IMG/VR virus record: IMGVR_UViG_3300032050_014001
Coordinates: 13,119-77,118 of that record
DNA from: a virus
Lineage: Duplodnaviria > Caudoviricetes
Reading direction: 5' to 3' (one strand)
Length of the DNA: 64,000 nucleotides
The translations under genes were made by a program, and so were the position numbers. Of this stretch, positions 19,572-28,854 are shown piece after piece (position 1 is the stretch's first letter; each line of letters starts with the position of its first letter). The notes beneath the pieces were generated by a model that searched no databases, was not told the origin of the DNA, and was given only the letters and a program-made list of their open reading frames with translations.

Positions 19572-20267
19572 TTATTTGGTGTCTTTACGATTTACACCGT
19601 ATTCTTTGATAAACGTTTCGTTGCTGCTTTTCCATATAGGATTTTCAATTGACAATAAACCAGGAGAGCGATGAATTACATTAATTGGATAGACACCAAT
19701 TTTTAATTTTTTCATATTAGCTTCTAATGATGCAGAAATATCATAATGATGAAATGTATATTTTTCATTAAAATTAAAGCCAACTTTTTTTGCTTTAGGA
19801 ATATAAACAGCAAAGAATAATCCATCAATAATTACAACACGAGAAGGTGAAGGACCGAAATTAGTAACCATCATTTGCTTTTCGTTTACTGGGTGTGCTA
19901 CGAATCCTCGATGATCTTTTCTGTCTGTCATTAAATGCCAAAGGTTAATTCCACCGATTCGCGGATTCAATCCACCAGCCAATCCAACAATGTCGTAATC
20001 TAATTTTTTTGCTTCATTCAATTTTTGTAAAAGTCTGGCATCGTCAATATAAACATCATCATGAACGAATACAATCCATTCATAATTTTTATATTTTTCA
20101 TTATTAAGGATAGTATTATATTGTTTTGACAATCCTTCTTTATTTTGATAAAATACTTCTAATTCAAAATCAGAAGATAATTTGCATTCATTATATGATT
20201 TATAGATATCTGTTTCTTGGAATTGATGTCTATTTTTTTGTGTACAAGTAACAATTAAATTGTTCAT
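19572..20267 (-). CDS. GT-A fold glycosyltransferase-like protein
   Basis: FVHDDVYIDD, DIVGLAG, IDGLF, FHHYD, HRSPG motifs. Confidence 0.75.
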   Translation of the reverse strand: MNNLIVTCTQKNRHQFQETDIYKSYNECKLSSDFELEVFYQNKEGLSKQYNTILNNEKYKNYEWIVFVHDDVYIDDARLLQKLNEAKKLDYDIVGLAGGLNPRIGGINLWHLMTDRKDHRGFVAHPVNEKQMMVTNFGPSPSRVVIIDGLFFAVYIPKAKKVGFNFNEKYTFHHYDISASLEANMKKLKIGVYPINVIHRSPGLLSIENPIWKSSNETFIKEYGVNRKDTK

Positions 20268-20950
20268 AATGTGAAAAATGGTGTTGTGTTTTTAAAATTA
20301 CCTACTAATTCAAGCTTTCTAGTGACTTTGTATAATACCCCTTCTTCTAATTCTAGCCAATTCTTTGATTGTATAGAACAAAAGTCGCCTTTTTCATTTG
20401 CAAATAAAGTACTACCTTGTCTTGCTACAAAGATATTACCCGTCTTTTCATTAAAGATCCATAATGCAAATGTGCCTTCTAAAAGAGAAAGTGCTTCGCA
20501 AATGAGTTCTTCTTCTGATTTATTTGGTTCTTTTGTTTCTAGAGCATGTAATAAATGCGGAATATTACTCGAATCTACCGGATTCTTATTCCACGCACAA
20601 TACTTTTTATTAATTTCTTTATAATTAGTTAAAACACCGTTATGTGCTACTACCCAATTATGCGCAACAAATGGATGTGATGTTGCTACATCATGTTCTC
20701 TTTGTGAAGAAGTTGGTGCTTGATTATGTCCGAGATAATGTGTTATATTCTTATTTTTACAAGTAGGAAATGAATCTTCTGGATTCAATAATTCCATCTT
20801 TTTTGGATGACCTTTTAATCTTGTAATGAATAAATTTCTTTTCTTATGTTCTAGGAAGGCAAATGACGAAGCAAATGATCCTCTATCAATAGTAACATCA
20901 TGAAGTATATCAAAAAGATTTCTGTCTTTAGAACCATAGATTGCGCACAT
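20264..20950 (-). CDS. Class II (Ntn) glutamine amidotransferase, stand-alone
   Basis: N-terminal MC nucleophile, RG, GH.QAPT, SHPF, AHNGVLTN, VDS motifs. Confidence 0.85.
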   Translation of the reverse strand: MCAIYGSKDRNLFDILHDVTIDRGSFASSFAFLEHKKRNLFITRLKGHPKKMELLNPEDSFPTCKNKNITHYLGHNQAPTSSQREHDVATSHPFVAHNWVVAHNGVLTNYKEINKKYCAWNKNPVDSSNIPHLLHALETKEPNKSEEELICEALSLLEGTFALWIFNEKTGNIFVARQGSTLFANEKGDFCSIQSKNWLELEEGVLYKVTRKLELVGNFKNTTPFFTL

Positions 20951-20961
20951 AATATGCTTTC

Positions 20962-20995
20962 ATATTACATTTAATTTTTGATAAATCAATAAATA
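20962..20995. promoter_or_regulatory. Divergent promoters: sigma70-like (-) for the amidotransferase and late TAAATA (+)
   Basis: Minus strand TTGATT-N16-TAATAT; plus strand TAAATA(20990-20995)-N5-ATG 21001. Confidence 0.5.
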
Positions 20996-21000
20996 TAGTT

Positions 21001-22257
21001 ATGTCTATTTTAAGAGCACCTGGTTGGGCAGCACGTATTGATGTATCACTCCTTAATGAAGCTAGAGAAGCTTATTTTGGTGAATTAAACAAATATGTAG
21101 AATTATATGCCAACAAATATTACAAGAATAGCATCGAAACGGGCACTATTGATCGTTTAAATAAATTAATCATTAAAATGTTGCGTTTTGCAATTATGCG
21201 TGACTGTAATAATAAGAATGATGAATTTGCTGCAAAAATGGGTGAAGAAGATAGTGAAGCTAGAAGTGGTGGTGAATTAAATTCATCAGATGTGGGTAGT
21301 TTAATTAATGTCACTGGTGATGCCACGTTTACAGCTAAATCATCCGATTTTGCAGTAGGTGATATGATTTTCTTTGCAAGAAAGGGTGATGCAAATATAA
21401 CATTTAAAGTAGAAGGTGCAAATGTTATTAGGACTGAAAATACTGATGATGGCATTAATGGCATGGTTTTAGTAAAAAATACAATAAATCAATTTTTAGC
21501 ATTTAATGATTTCGTACAACAATATAAAGCTCTAGAAAAAGAAGCTACTGGATTATTTGATGCATCTGGAAATCGTATACGACATGGTGTTGTAGAACAT
21601 CGTATTTCTCTGCAAAAAATATATGATTTAAAAACAAAGGGATTTGGCTCTAAAGTTATAACTACAGCTGTTTCTTCTTTAATGGAAAATTTAAAAAGTT
21701 CTATTGAAACCAAACCAACAGATTATATGCAAGATGTGTCTGTTAATATATGGGCACATAAAGCTACTGCACCTTCAGAAGAATATGTTGCAAAAAGAGG
21801 TGGTGATGAAGTAACACCCGATGTTCGATTTAAGGTAAATGAATGGTCTAAGGTGCTTAGTAAGTTGAATGGTGTTACTGCAGAAGTAAAACAAGAAGAA
21901 GAAACGCCAGTCAAAGAAGATAAATTAAAAGCACTTCAATTGGTCACAGCTATTTTACAAAAATTCAGTAATATTGTGAGTGATAATGATGATGTAGCTG
22001 AAGGTATTATAAATGCTTTAGAAGCATTAAAGTCTGGTTCAGCATCTGATTTCATCGATCAATTGATCGAAAATTTATCTGTATTAACATACGACAATGA
22101 AGATGTTAAAGACATGTATGACGAAATTGTCGGCGCTTTAACAGCTTATAAAGAAGCAGTTAAATTAACAAGAAAGCAAACTGATCGTTTACTACAAGAA
22201 CAATATATTAAACGCAAACAGTTTGCTTATCGTATTGAAGAGTTGTTTAGAGGTTAA
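21001..22257 (+). CDS. Hypothetical late protein
   Basis: 418-aa ORF with late promoter, on the opposite strand between the amidotransferase and queC. Confidence 0.6.
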   Translation: MSILRAPGWAARIDVSLLNEAREAYFGELNKYVELYANKYYKNSIETGTIDRLNKLIIKMLRFAIMRDCNNKNDEFAAKMGEEDSEARSGGELNSSDVGSLINVTGDATFTAKSSDFAVGDMIFFARKGDANITFKVEGANVIRTENTDDGINGMVLVKNTINQFLAFNDFVQQYKALEKEATGLFDASGNRIRHGVVEHRISLQKIYDLKTKGFGSKVITTAVSSLMENLKSSIETKPTDYMQDVSVNIWAHKATAPSEEYVAKRGGDEVTPDVRFKVNEWSKVLSKLNGVTAEVKQEEETPVKEDKLKALQLVTAILQKFSNIVSDNDDVAEGIINALEALKSGSASDFIDQLIENLSVLTYDNEDVKDMYDEIVGALTAYKEAVKLTRKQTDRLLQEQYIKRKQFAYRIEELFRG

Positions 22258-22990
22258 TTTCTTTACAGCCTCTTTTCTTATACGCTTCTTCTAATTGGTC
22301 TTGCTGTTTATATTGTAGGGGATCCTTGTATCCTGCTTCAATAAAACCTTGCAATCTTAACGAAGATGATGCTGAATATGCATCAGGTTTTTCTTCTCCT
22401 GAATAACAGGTATAAGTCAAGCTGAAGTCTACTTTCTTCTTTACACCCAATTTAATAATCTCTGCTTTACTTAATTCGATTAATGGTGCTTTAATTTCAA
22501 TTCGTTTTTCTCTATTCAAAGAAAGAACATTGTTAATTGATTCTAAAAATTCAGGTGATCCATCCCAATAACCTGCTAATGAATCTGCTTGTGCGGCACC
22601 ATGCCATACTTCAGAAGCACCAATTGATTCAGCCCAAGCTGATGCAATAGATAGAAACATCATATTGCGATTGGGAACATATGATTTTGGTTGTGCTTCG
22701 CCTTTGATTTTGCGTACATCTGGTGTCTCAATGTCATTATTAGTTAATGATGATGTAGGTGCGATATCTTTAATATAAGACACATCAATAGTCTTATATG
22801 ATTTCAAATTCGGATATAAAGACTTTAATTTCTGAATTTGTTTAGAAGCGCAATCTAATTCCTGCGAATGTCTTTGGCCGTAATTAAATGATAAAACATG
22901 CACAAAGTATCCTTCTGATAAGGCTAAATGTACAAGCACCGAGGAATCCATACCCCCAGAAAAAGGAATAACCACATGAGTATTAGTCAT
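22247..22990 (-). CDS. queC: 7-cyano-7-deazaguanine synthase QueC (Zn-site cysteines absent)
   Basis: SGGMDS PP-loop, FNYGQRH..E, YVPNRNMMFLS, APL..LSKAEI, TYTCY. Confidence 0.92.
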   Translation of the reverse strand: MTNTHVVIPFSGGMDSSVLVHLALSEGYFVHVLSFNYGQRHSQELDCASKQIQKLKSLYPNLKSYKTIDVSYIKDIAPTSSLTNNDIETPDVRKIKGEAQPKSYVPNRNMMFLSIASAWAESIGASEVWHGAAQADSLAGYWDGSPEFLESINNVLSLNREKRIEIKAPLIELSKAEIIKLGVKKKVDFSLTYTCYSGEEKPDAYSASSSLRLQGFIEAGYKDPLQYKQQDQLEEAYKKRGCKEINL

Positions 22991-22996
22991 GTGGTT

Positions 22997-23024
22997 ATTA
23001 TAAAAACAATTATTTGTTTATCAA
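22997..23024 (-). promoter_or_regulatory. Sigma70-like promoter for queC
   Basis: TTGATA-N16-TATAAT-N6-ATG. Confidence 0.65.
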
Positions 23025-23027
23025 ATA

Positions 23028-23477
23028 TTATAATTTTTCTAAATTATATTTTGGTGCTTTCGTGCCCATGCCACCGTCTATACCCGTCATGCCAGATACG
23101 CGTTTCATATATCCTATGATATGGTCGGCTGATTTTTGTTGTGAAGGATTGCCGTGTTGTTTAATCAATTTTAAACCTTCATAATGTTTTTTAAGATTTT
23201 TTTGCAATTCTTCCTTTTCATCATCACTTGCTTTAGATAAATCTAATCCCGATATTTTTGCAACTTTGCCTAGATATGCATCTACTTTATCACTATCAGA
23301 TGGTTGTGGTACTGTCAATTTTGGCAATCCTGTTTTAAATTCTGTTGCAGCTTGATTAATACCCATACCACCCAAGGCTGCAGTGAGCATTATTCCAGCT
23401 CCTGCAAGCCACTCTTTCCATCCTTCTGAATAGATTTCTTTATAGGCTTCGAAGATTAAATCTGTATCATTTTGCAT
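23028..23477 (-). CDS. Hypothetical late protein with one hydrophobic helix
   Basis: TAAATA-N5-ATG; leader LIFEAY...YSE followed by WLAGAGIMLTAALGG. Confidence 0.6.
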   Translation of the reverse strand: MQNDTDLIFEAYKEIYSEGWKEWLAGAGIMLTAALGGMGINQAATEFKTGLPKLTVPQPSDSDKVDAYLGKVAKISGLDLSKASDDEKEELQKNLKKHYEGLKLIKQHGNPSQQKSADHIIGYMKRVSGMTGIDGGMGTKAPKYNLEKL

Positions 23478-23485
23478 GATATTAT

Positions 23486-24580
23486 TTATTCTTCGTCTTC
23501 GACTTCAGTTGATTCTGCATCTTCTGATGAAGAATATGCCCATTCAACAGCAATCTTCTTTTCTACTAAAGGAATGATATCATTTTCCCAAAAATCTACA
23601 TTATTCAAAAAGCTCTTTGCGTATCCTAGCTTTTCACCATTAAAAGCATAAGTAGCACCAGATTGTTCAATAATGCCTAATCCAACAGCAAGATCTAATA
23701 ATCCATGATACTTATCTGCACCATTAGTAAATGATACATATAATTCTCCTTCTAAATATGGTTTAATAAAACGATTCTTTGAAGTTAATGCGCGAATGAT
23801 AATGCCAACGTAATTGCGTTGGAATGTAGCTAATCCCGATGAATCTGATTTAACAACATCTTCTTTAACAGGCTTTCTCATTAATTGAACCGATACAGAA
23901 GGCATATAAATGACTGACTTACCACCAGGCATTGTTTTGACTAACGATGGATGCAATTCTGCTGGATTATCATATAAGTGATTTGTAATCAAAACGGGTG
24001 TTTTAGTAATGGCAGAAAGTTGCGTTACTGTTCTAAGTAGTGTTTTAATAGCACGAGCTCTTGATCCCATATCAGGTGCTACAGAATCTTTCTCAATACG
24101 TGATTGTTCCATTTGACTTTCAAGATTACCCAATGAATCAATGGCAATAATGAATTTACCTTCTTGTCCTTTTTCTTTTACAGATGTCAAAAATTTATGA
24201 ATAGCATTACGACATTGTTCGACATTAAAAGTAGGTACATATTTTACCTTTGTTGTGTCTAATCCTAGGCGTGAAGCACTTTCTGGATCTACAGCATTCT
24301 CTGTATCAAAAATAACAGGAATCATTCCTTGTTTCTGAGCATTAGCAAGAATCTTCATAACCAAAGAAGATTTAAAAGTTTGTGATTCACCATATAACAT
24401 GGTAACCCGGCCCGAAGGAATACCACCACCACGAATCTTTCCAGAGATAATAGCATTTAAGACATATGAACCGGTATCAATCCATTTATCAATAACAGAT
24501 AAAGTAGACTGAGAAAGAAATGTCGCAAAAGGATTACCGTCATCTAAAATTTCTAATGATTTTAATAGGTCTTTGTCCAT
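23486..24580 (-). CDS. uvsX: RecA-like recombinase UvsX
   Basis: DTGSYVLNAIISG, GESQTFKS, FDTE, IDSLGNL, ITNHLY, PGG. Confidence 0.92.
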   Translation of the reverse strand: MDKDLLKSLEILDDGNPFATFLSQSTLSVIDKWIDTGSYVLNAIISGKIRGGGIPSGRVTMLYGESQTFKSSLVMKILANAQKQGMIPVIFDTENAVDPESASRLGLDTTKVKYVPTFNVEQCRNAIHKFLTSVKEKGQEGKFIIAIDSLGNLESQMEQSRIEKDSVAPDMGSRARAIKTLLRTVTQLSAITKTPVLITNHLYDNPAELHPSLVKTMPGGKSVIYMPSVSVQLMRKPVKEDVVKSDSSGLATFQRNYVGIIIRALTSKNRFIKPYLEGELYVSFTNGADKYHGLLDLAVGLGIIEQSGATYAFNGEKLGYAKSFLNNVDFWENDIIPLVEKKIAVEWAYSSSEDAESTEVEDEE

Positions 24581-24602
24581 AACTCATATTAAATCAAACT
24601 AT

Positions 24603-24639
24603 AAAAAAATCCCGAGAGATTATAATCTCTCGGGATTTT
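24603..24639 (-). terminator. Intrinsic terminator built on a perfect 34-bp palindrome
   Basis: AAAATCCCGAGAGATTATAATCTCTCGGGATTTT (24606-24639); 7-T tract on minus strand. Confidence 0.8.
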
Positions 24640-24663
24640 ACACACAACACTCAGCAAACAAAA

Positions 24664-25011
24664 TTATTCATCAAACAACTTAATGACGGGTGGTTCGTCA
24701 GATGTTTGAGCAACAGGCGGTGGATTACAAATACGAGTATATTGTTCTACTAAACGTCCGTCTACTTCTACACCTACACCTAATGCAAGATTAGCAAGAT
24801 TAAATTCAAAAACAGAACCGCTGCTACGATTGGCTTCTGAAAGAAATTCAGGAAAGAAAAGTGGAAATAATTGAACTTGCAATTGCCCATTTTGCAATTG
24901 ATTTACATTAATCATACAAGGATTCTTCACTTGTAGACGACCACCATCACGTGAAAGTTCTTCACCGATAATGGTTCTTCCGATTTGGTCAATAAAAATT
25001 AGTTGTGACAT
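24664..25011 (-). CDS. Small beta-rich hypothetical protein (Sm-like?)
   Basis: GRTIIGE...LQVKNP pattern seen in T4-like proteins beside the polymerase; TTGACA-N16-TAATAT upstream. Confidence 0.55.
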   Translation of the reverse strand: MSQLIFIDQIGRTIIGEELSRDGGRLQVKNPCMINVNQLQNGQLQVQLFPLFFPEFLSEANRSSGSVFEFNLANLALGVGVEVDGRLVEQYTRICNPPPVAQTSDEPPVIKLFDE

Positions 25012-25050
25012 CTTTAATATATTAGTAATATTGCAATATTTGTCAACCCT

Positions 25051-27618
25051 TTATTCACCAAATAGATCATCCAATTCAAAGAGAACTTGTTCACTAGGTT
25101 TTCTTGGTGTCCAATTAACACATTGATAAAAACGTTCTACTGCTGCATATACAATCTTTTCAAATAGTAATTCTCTATCAGGTAAAAATATTGATTTAAA
25201 CTCTTCAGGAAAAACATACTTAAATCCAATACAATTAATTCCATACTTATTTGGTTGTTGTACATAGAAGTATTTGATCTTATCACCGGAAGCAATCTTC
25301 TCATGTTTTCCTGAAAGGTTTAATTTATCCAAAATAATGTTATGAAAATAAGCAGCCTTTACATGATTAGGCATTCCTTTACTCACTTTAAAGTCATGGC
25401 ACATATTCGCATATTTTTCATAACCACGAATCCCACTTGTTCTTGATACATCTTCAATAGGCAATGCTTGGAATACGTCGTATGCTTCTTTTAACACCTC
25501 ATTTGTCTTAGCACAAGACTTAGTAGTCAACATAGTCTCAATGATCTTCTTGACATATGGTTTAACATTTTTTGGCATTGTTGTTCTGACAACATCTACA
25601 CCAGTATATTTCCATTTATCGCACGGAATACCTTCATCATCTAATACATGCAACACATATCTCTTCTTTTCTAAAAATAACCCAACATCTGCCATGGCTT
25701 CTCTCTTAAATGCCAATCGACAATCTTTTGAATTTAATGTTGATTTAGCCCAAATTTGAATCTCATCATTCAATGATTTTTCTAAACCTTCTGCGTGCTC
25801 AAATCCTTGCTTGGTTATTTTACCACCAACACTAAAATCAATTGGAAGTAGCTTTAATGAAAGATAAACACTGTCAGTATCACCATAAATTGCTACAGTT
25901 TCTAATGTTTTTTGATCAGTAATATTACTATGTTTTGAAATATATTTCTTTGCAATTTCTCTTGCTTGCTTAATAACGGCTTGTCCAGTCAATGTAATTG
26001 ATGAAGCAATATCATCATCACCAATGGGCGCGTGTTTATTTCCGAAATAACCGTAACAACTATTAATAAAGATTTTTATACTTTGTTGCTTTGCGTTAAG
26101 CTGTGTGATTTTTGTTTCTAAAAATAATTTTCTATCGGATGGTAATTCTTTATTTGAATATTCTTTCTTATATTTTTTTAATTCCGTTTGGATGACTTTT
26201 CTTTTTTGATAATAAAAGTCAACCATCTCTGGTACAATTCCTTTATTCTTTTGCGTAAAAAGGACTTTTGCTTTACTAATAGCCACATCTTCTTTCTTAA
26301 TAAATTGAGCAAATTTTAGTTTTGACAATTTAAAGACTTGGCCATTGACATGTTGTACTGTTACCTCTTCATCTGTTGTTTCAATAATCTTGCCGACTTT
26401 TGTCTCTGGAGACATGTTCAATGAAATCATTAGGTTGGGATATAGTGAGTTAGCATCAAACGATACAATATCTTCCTGAAATCCATTTAATGGTTCTGCA
26501 ACATATGCTCCTGGATTCCTCGAACCATCATCTTCTTTTCTAATGAAAGTAGAAATGCGTTGTCCTTTCTTTCTTGCTCTAATAGCAGCTGCACCTGTGA
26601 TAATACCCAATGTACCCAATGCACCTTCAAATGTTGTACAACCAATATATGAAATCATTCGAATCAATGAAAGGAATTGTAGTTTCTCTTCAAGCTTAAC
26701 TAAAATGTTAACGTCTTGGATGTTATAATCAATAAACGTATCCCAATCATCTACCATGACATCATACAAATCCTTTTCGATAGCAACTTTCTTTTCACCT
26801 AATTCTAATTCACCAATGCTATCTAATTTATAACTTTCTCTATTAGCAAAAGAGAACCGCTTATACACATCCAAGTAGTCTACACATGAAATACCATCGA
26901 TATGATAGCTTGCTTGTGTCTTCCCGAATGTACCAATGAATGTTCTCACATAAGTTCTCTTTACTGGTGAAATTTCATTCATACCAGCTTCACCAAAAAT
27001 ATTCTTCAATCGATTAATAATATATGGAATATCAAACCCAGCACTATTCCATCCCGACAATACATCTGGTGGATCATTTTTAAAAAATTCAATAACACCA
27101 GCTAGAAGGTCTTCTTCTGATTTACAATAATAATAAACAACATCATTCCTTTTTGCTTTATATGGTTTTAAACCCCAAGCATAAAATTTCTTTGAAAAAG
27201 AATCATAAATTGTCAATACGTTAATAGGCACATCTGCTAATGTAGGATCCGGAAAGCGATCTTTACACACTGCCTCAATATCAATAAAGTATGTCTTTAA
27301 CGGAAACTTAGAAAAGTCATCTGTTTCATTATGTTGCCAAAAGATATCTAATAGAGCCTGTTGTACTGCGCCGAAATGTTCATACACTCTTCTGATTCCT
27401 GATTCAGTAATATATTTTTGCCTTTCGTATGCATTATTAAATGATCTTTTAGCTAACGGCGTATTATAAATCGATACTTCATTTCCTCTTTTGTCTTCAT
27501 AAAAATAATAGGGATGGTATTTCGTAGTGTATGAAATACGATCCCCATCATCTGACCAAGTGTAAATTTCTACAGTTTGATCTTTAGGATTATAACAAGC
27601 GTTGCGATACCCAATCAT
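25051..27618 (-). CDS. Family B DNA polymerase (gp43)
   Basis: Exo FIDIE, GWNSAGFDIPY, YNIQD; pol SFDANSLYP, KIFINSCYG, YGDTDS, KKRY; C-terminal LDDLF clamp motif. Confidence 0.97.
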   Translation of the reverse strand: MIGYRNACYNPKDQTVEIYTWSDDGDRISYTTKYHPYYFYEDKRGNEVSIYNTPLAKRSFNNAYERQKYITESGIRRVYEHFGAVQQALLDIFWQHNETDDFSKFPLKTYFIDIEAVCKDRFPDPTLADVPINVLTIYDSFSKKFYAWGLKPYKAKRNDVVYYYCKSEEDLLAGVIEFFKNDPPDVLSGWNSAGFDIPYIINRLKNIFGEAGMNEISPVKRTYVRTFIGTFGKTQASYHIDGISCVDYLDVYKRFSFANRESYKLDSIGELELGEKKVAIEKDLYDVMVDDWDTFIDYNIQDVNILVKLEEKLQFLSLIRMISYIGCTTFEGALGTLGIITGAAAIRARKKGQRISTFIRKEDDGSRNPGAYVAEPLNGFQEDIVSFDANSLYPNLMISLNMSPETKVGKIIETTDEEVTVQHVNGQVFKLSKLKFAQFIKKEDVAISKAKVLFTQKNKGIVPEMVDFYYQKRKVIQTELKKYKKEYSNKELPSDRKLFLETKITQLNAKQQSIKIFINSCYGYFGNKHAPIGDDDIASSITLTGQAVIKQAREIAKKYISKHSNITDQKTLETVAIYGDTDSVYLSLKLLPIDFSVGGKITKQGFEHAEGLEKSLNDEIQIWAKSTLNSKDCRLAFKREAMADVGLFLEKKRYVLHVLDDEGIPCDKWKYTGVDVVRTTMPKNVKPYVKKIIETMLTTKSCAKTNEVLKEAYDVFQALPIEDVSRTSGIRGYEKYANMCHDFKVSKGMPNHVKAAYFHNIILDKLNLSGKHEKIASGDKIKYFYVQQPNKYGINCIGFKYVFPEEFKSIFLPDRELLFEKIVYAAVERFYQCVNWTPRKPSEQVLFELDDLFGE

Positions 27619-27624
27619 AGAGAA

Positions 27625-27653
27625 ATGATAATAGGTATCGCAACTATAATCAA
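27625..27653 (-). promoter_or_regulatory. Sigma70-like promoter for DNA polymerase
   Basis: TTGATT-N17-TATCAT-N6-ATG. Confidence 0.55.
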
Positions 27654-28846
27654 GGATTATATCGTCTCAAATTGACGCGGTTTTGATCGCGATAAGGATA
27701 CTTATACAATTCCATGTAACAATCCAAATTACGATCGTGCTCTAAGAAACGATTATCAGCTACTTTATATCGTTGAATGGCCTGATTCTTATAATGGCCT
27801 ACACGTCCTAATTCTTTTGCAATACAATCTAACATTTCATCACCAGTCTTAAATTTAAGTTCTGCATCTTTATATGTTTCCATATCTTGACAAGCAACAG
27901 GAATTCCATAGCAACATGCTTCGATATATTTGAGATCAGACTTTGCTTTATTGAAACTATTGTTCTGTAATGGCGCAACAGACATTTGAATTTCTAAATC
28001 TGAAATCTTTTTTGGATATTCATACAACTTTTGCCATGGATGGAATTCAATATCTCCATTTTGGATATAAGGCCTGAGCGCTAATGGGAAAGCACCAATG
28101 AATACCCATTGATATTTCTTACGAGAATCAATGACTGCTTTTAATACGTGTTCGAAATCATCCTTCTGGCCTACACGATTTTCTACATCAAAGTGTGCCC
28201 CAGAACCAGCATATAGTACACGAGGCTTCTTCTTATGTTTATCATAATTTCTAGAAACCTTAGCTTCACTGAAATAATTCCCCATCCAGAATCTTGGTAC
28301 GAAATTCGGAATCACTGTGATTTCATTTTTACCTGTACGTTCACGATACAGTTCTTTCATATAATCACAAGTGACTGTCATTTCATCACAAAGATTAATA
28401 ATTTCTATTGCACTTTGTCTAATTTCATCTGCTACGAAAGCTGTTTTGAATTTATTATAATCCGGAATATCTTCACGGAAGATAACATCATCAACTTCAT
28501 ATATTAATTTAAATCCAATATCTTTTTGAATACTCTTCAAAAATTTTATGAATTGTAATTGATGGGGTGTAGCTTGTCTTTGTACACGAATAGCCTTTAC
28601 ATTTTGATACCATCTAGGATCTGTAATCATTACTGTTGATTCAGTAATCATTGCCTTATTATGGAAATTAATAAGGTGTGCTGGCCAAGACATACGCCAC
28701 AAACCACAACCAGAATGGTCTGCATTGTAATGAACGACCCTCATGAGATCTTCGGGCGCGTGTTCTGATTTAGGTGGTTGTGCCTGGGCTGGTTGGCCTG
28801 TTGGTTGCAGGCCCATGGGCATGGTATTAATTTTCGGTGTGAACAT
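27650..28846 (-). CDS. GT-B fold glycosyltransferase
   Basis: SGCGLWR, YEVDD, VIPN, APLQNNSFNKAKSDLKYIE motifs. Confidence 0.8.
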   Translation of the reverse strand: MFTPKINTMPMGLQPTGQPAQAQPPKSEHAPEDLMRVVHYNADHSGCGLWRMSWPAHLINFHNKAMITESTVMITDPRWYQNVKAIRVQRQATPHQLQFIKFLKSIQKDIGFKLIYEVDDVIFREDIPDYNKFKTAFVADEIRQSAIEIINLCDEMTVTCDYMKELYRERTGKNEITVIPNFVPRFWMGNYFSEAKVSRNYDKHKKKPRVLYAGSGAHFDVENRVGQKDDFEHVLKAVIDSRKKYQWVFIGAFPLALRPYIQNGDIEFHPWQKLYEYPKKISDLEIQMSVAPLQNNSFNKAKSDLKYIEACCYGIPVACQDMETYKDAELKFKTGDEMLDCIAKELGRVGHYKNQAIQRYKVADNRFLEHDRNLDCYMELYKYPYRDQNRVNLRRYNP

Positions 28847-28854
28847 CCTAAAGA

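Noticed and set aside
22247-22990. QueC as part of a Qat or type IV CBASS defence operon
   Set aside because: No TatD, QatA ATPase, CD-NTase or TGT neighbours.
25051-27618. Inteins or introns in polymerase, helicase or terminase
   Set aside because: Lengths are normal and motifs contiguous.
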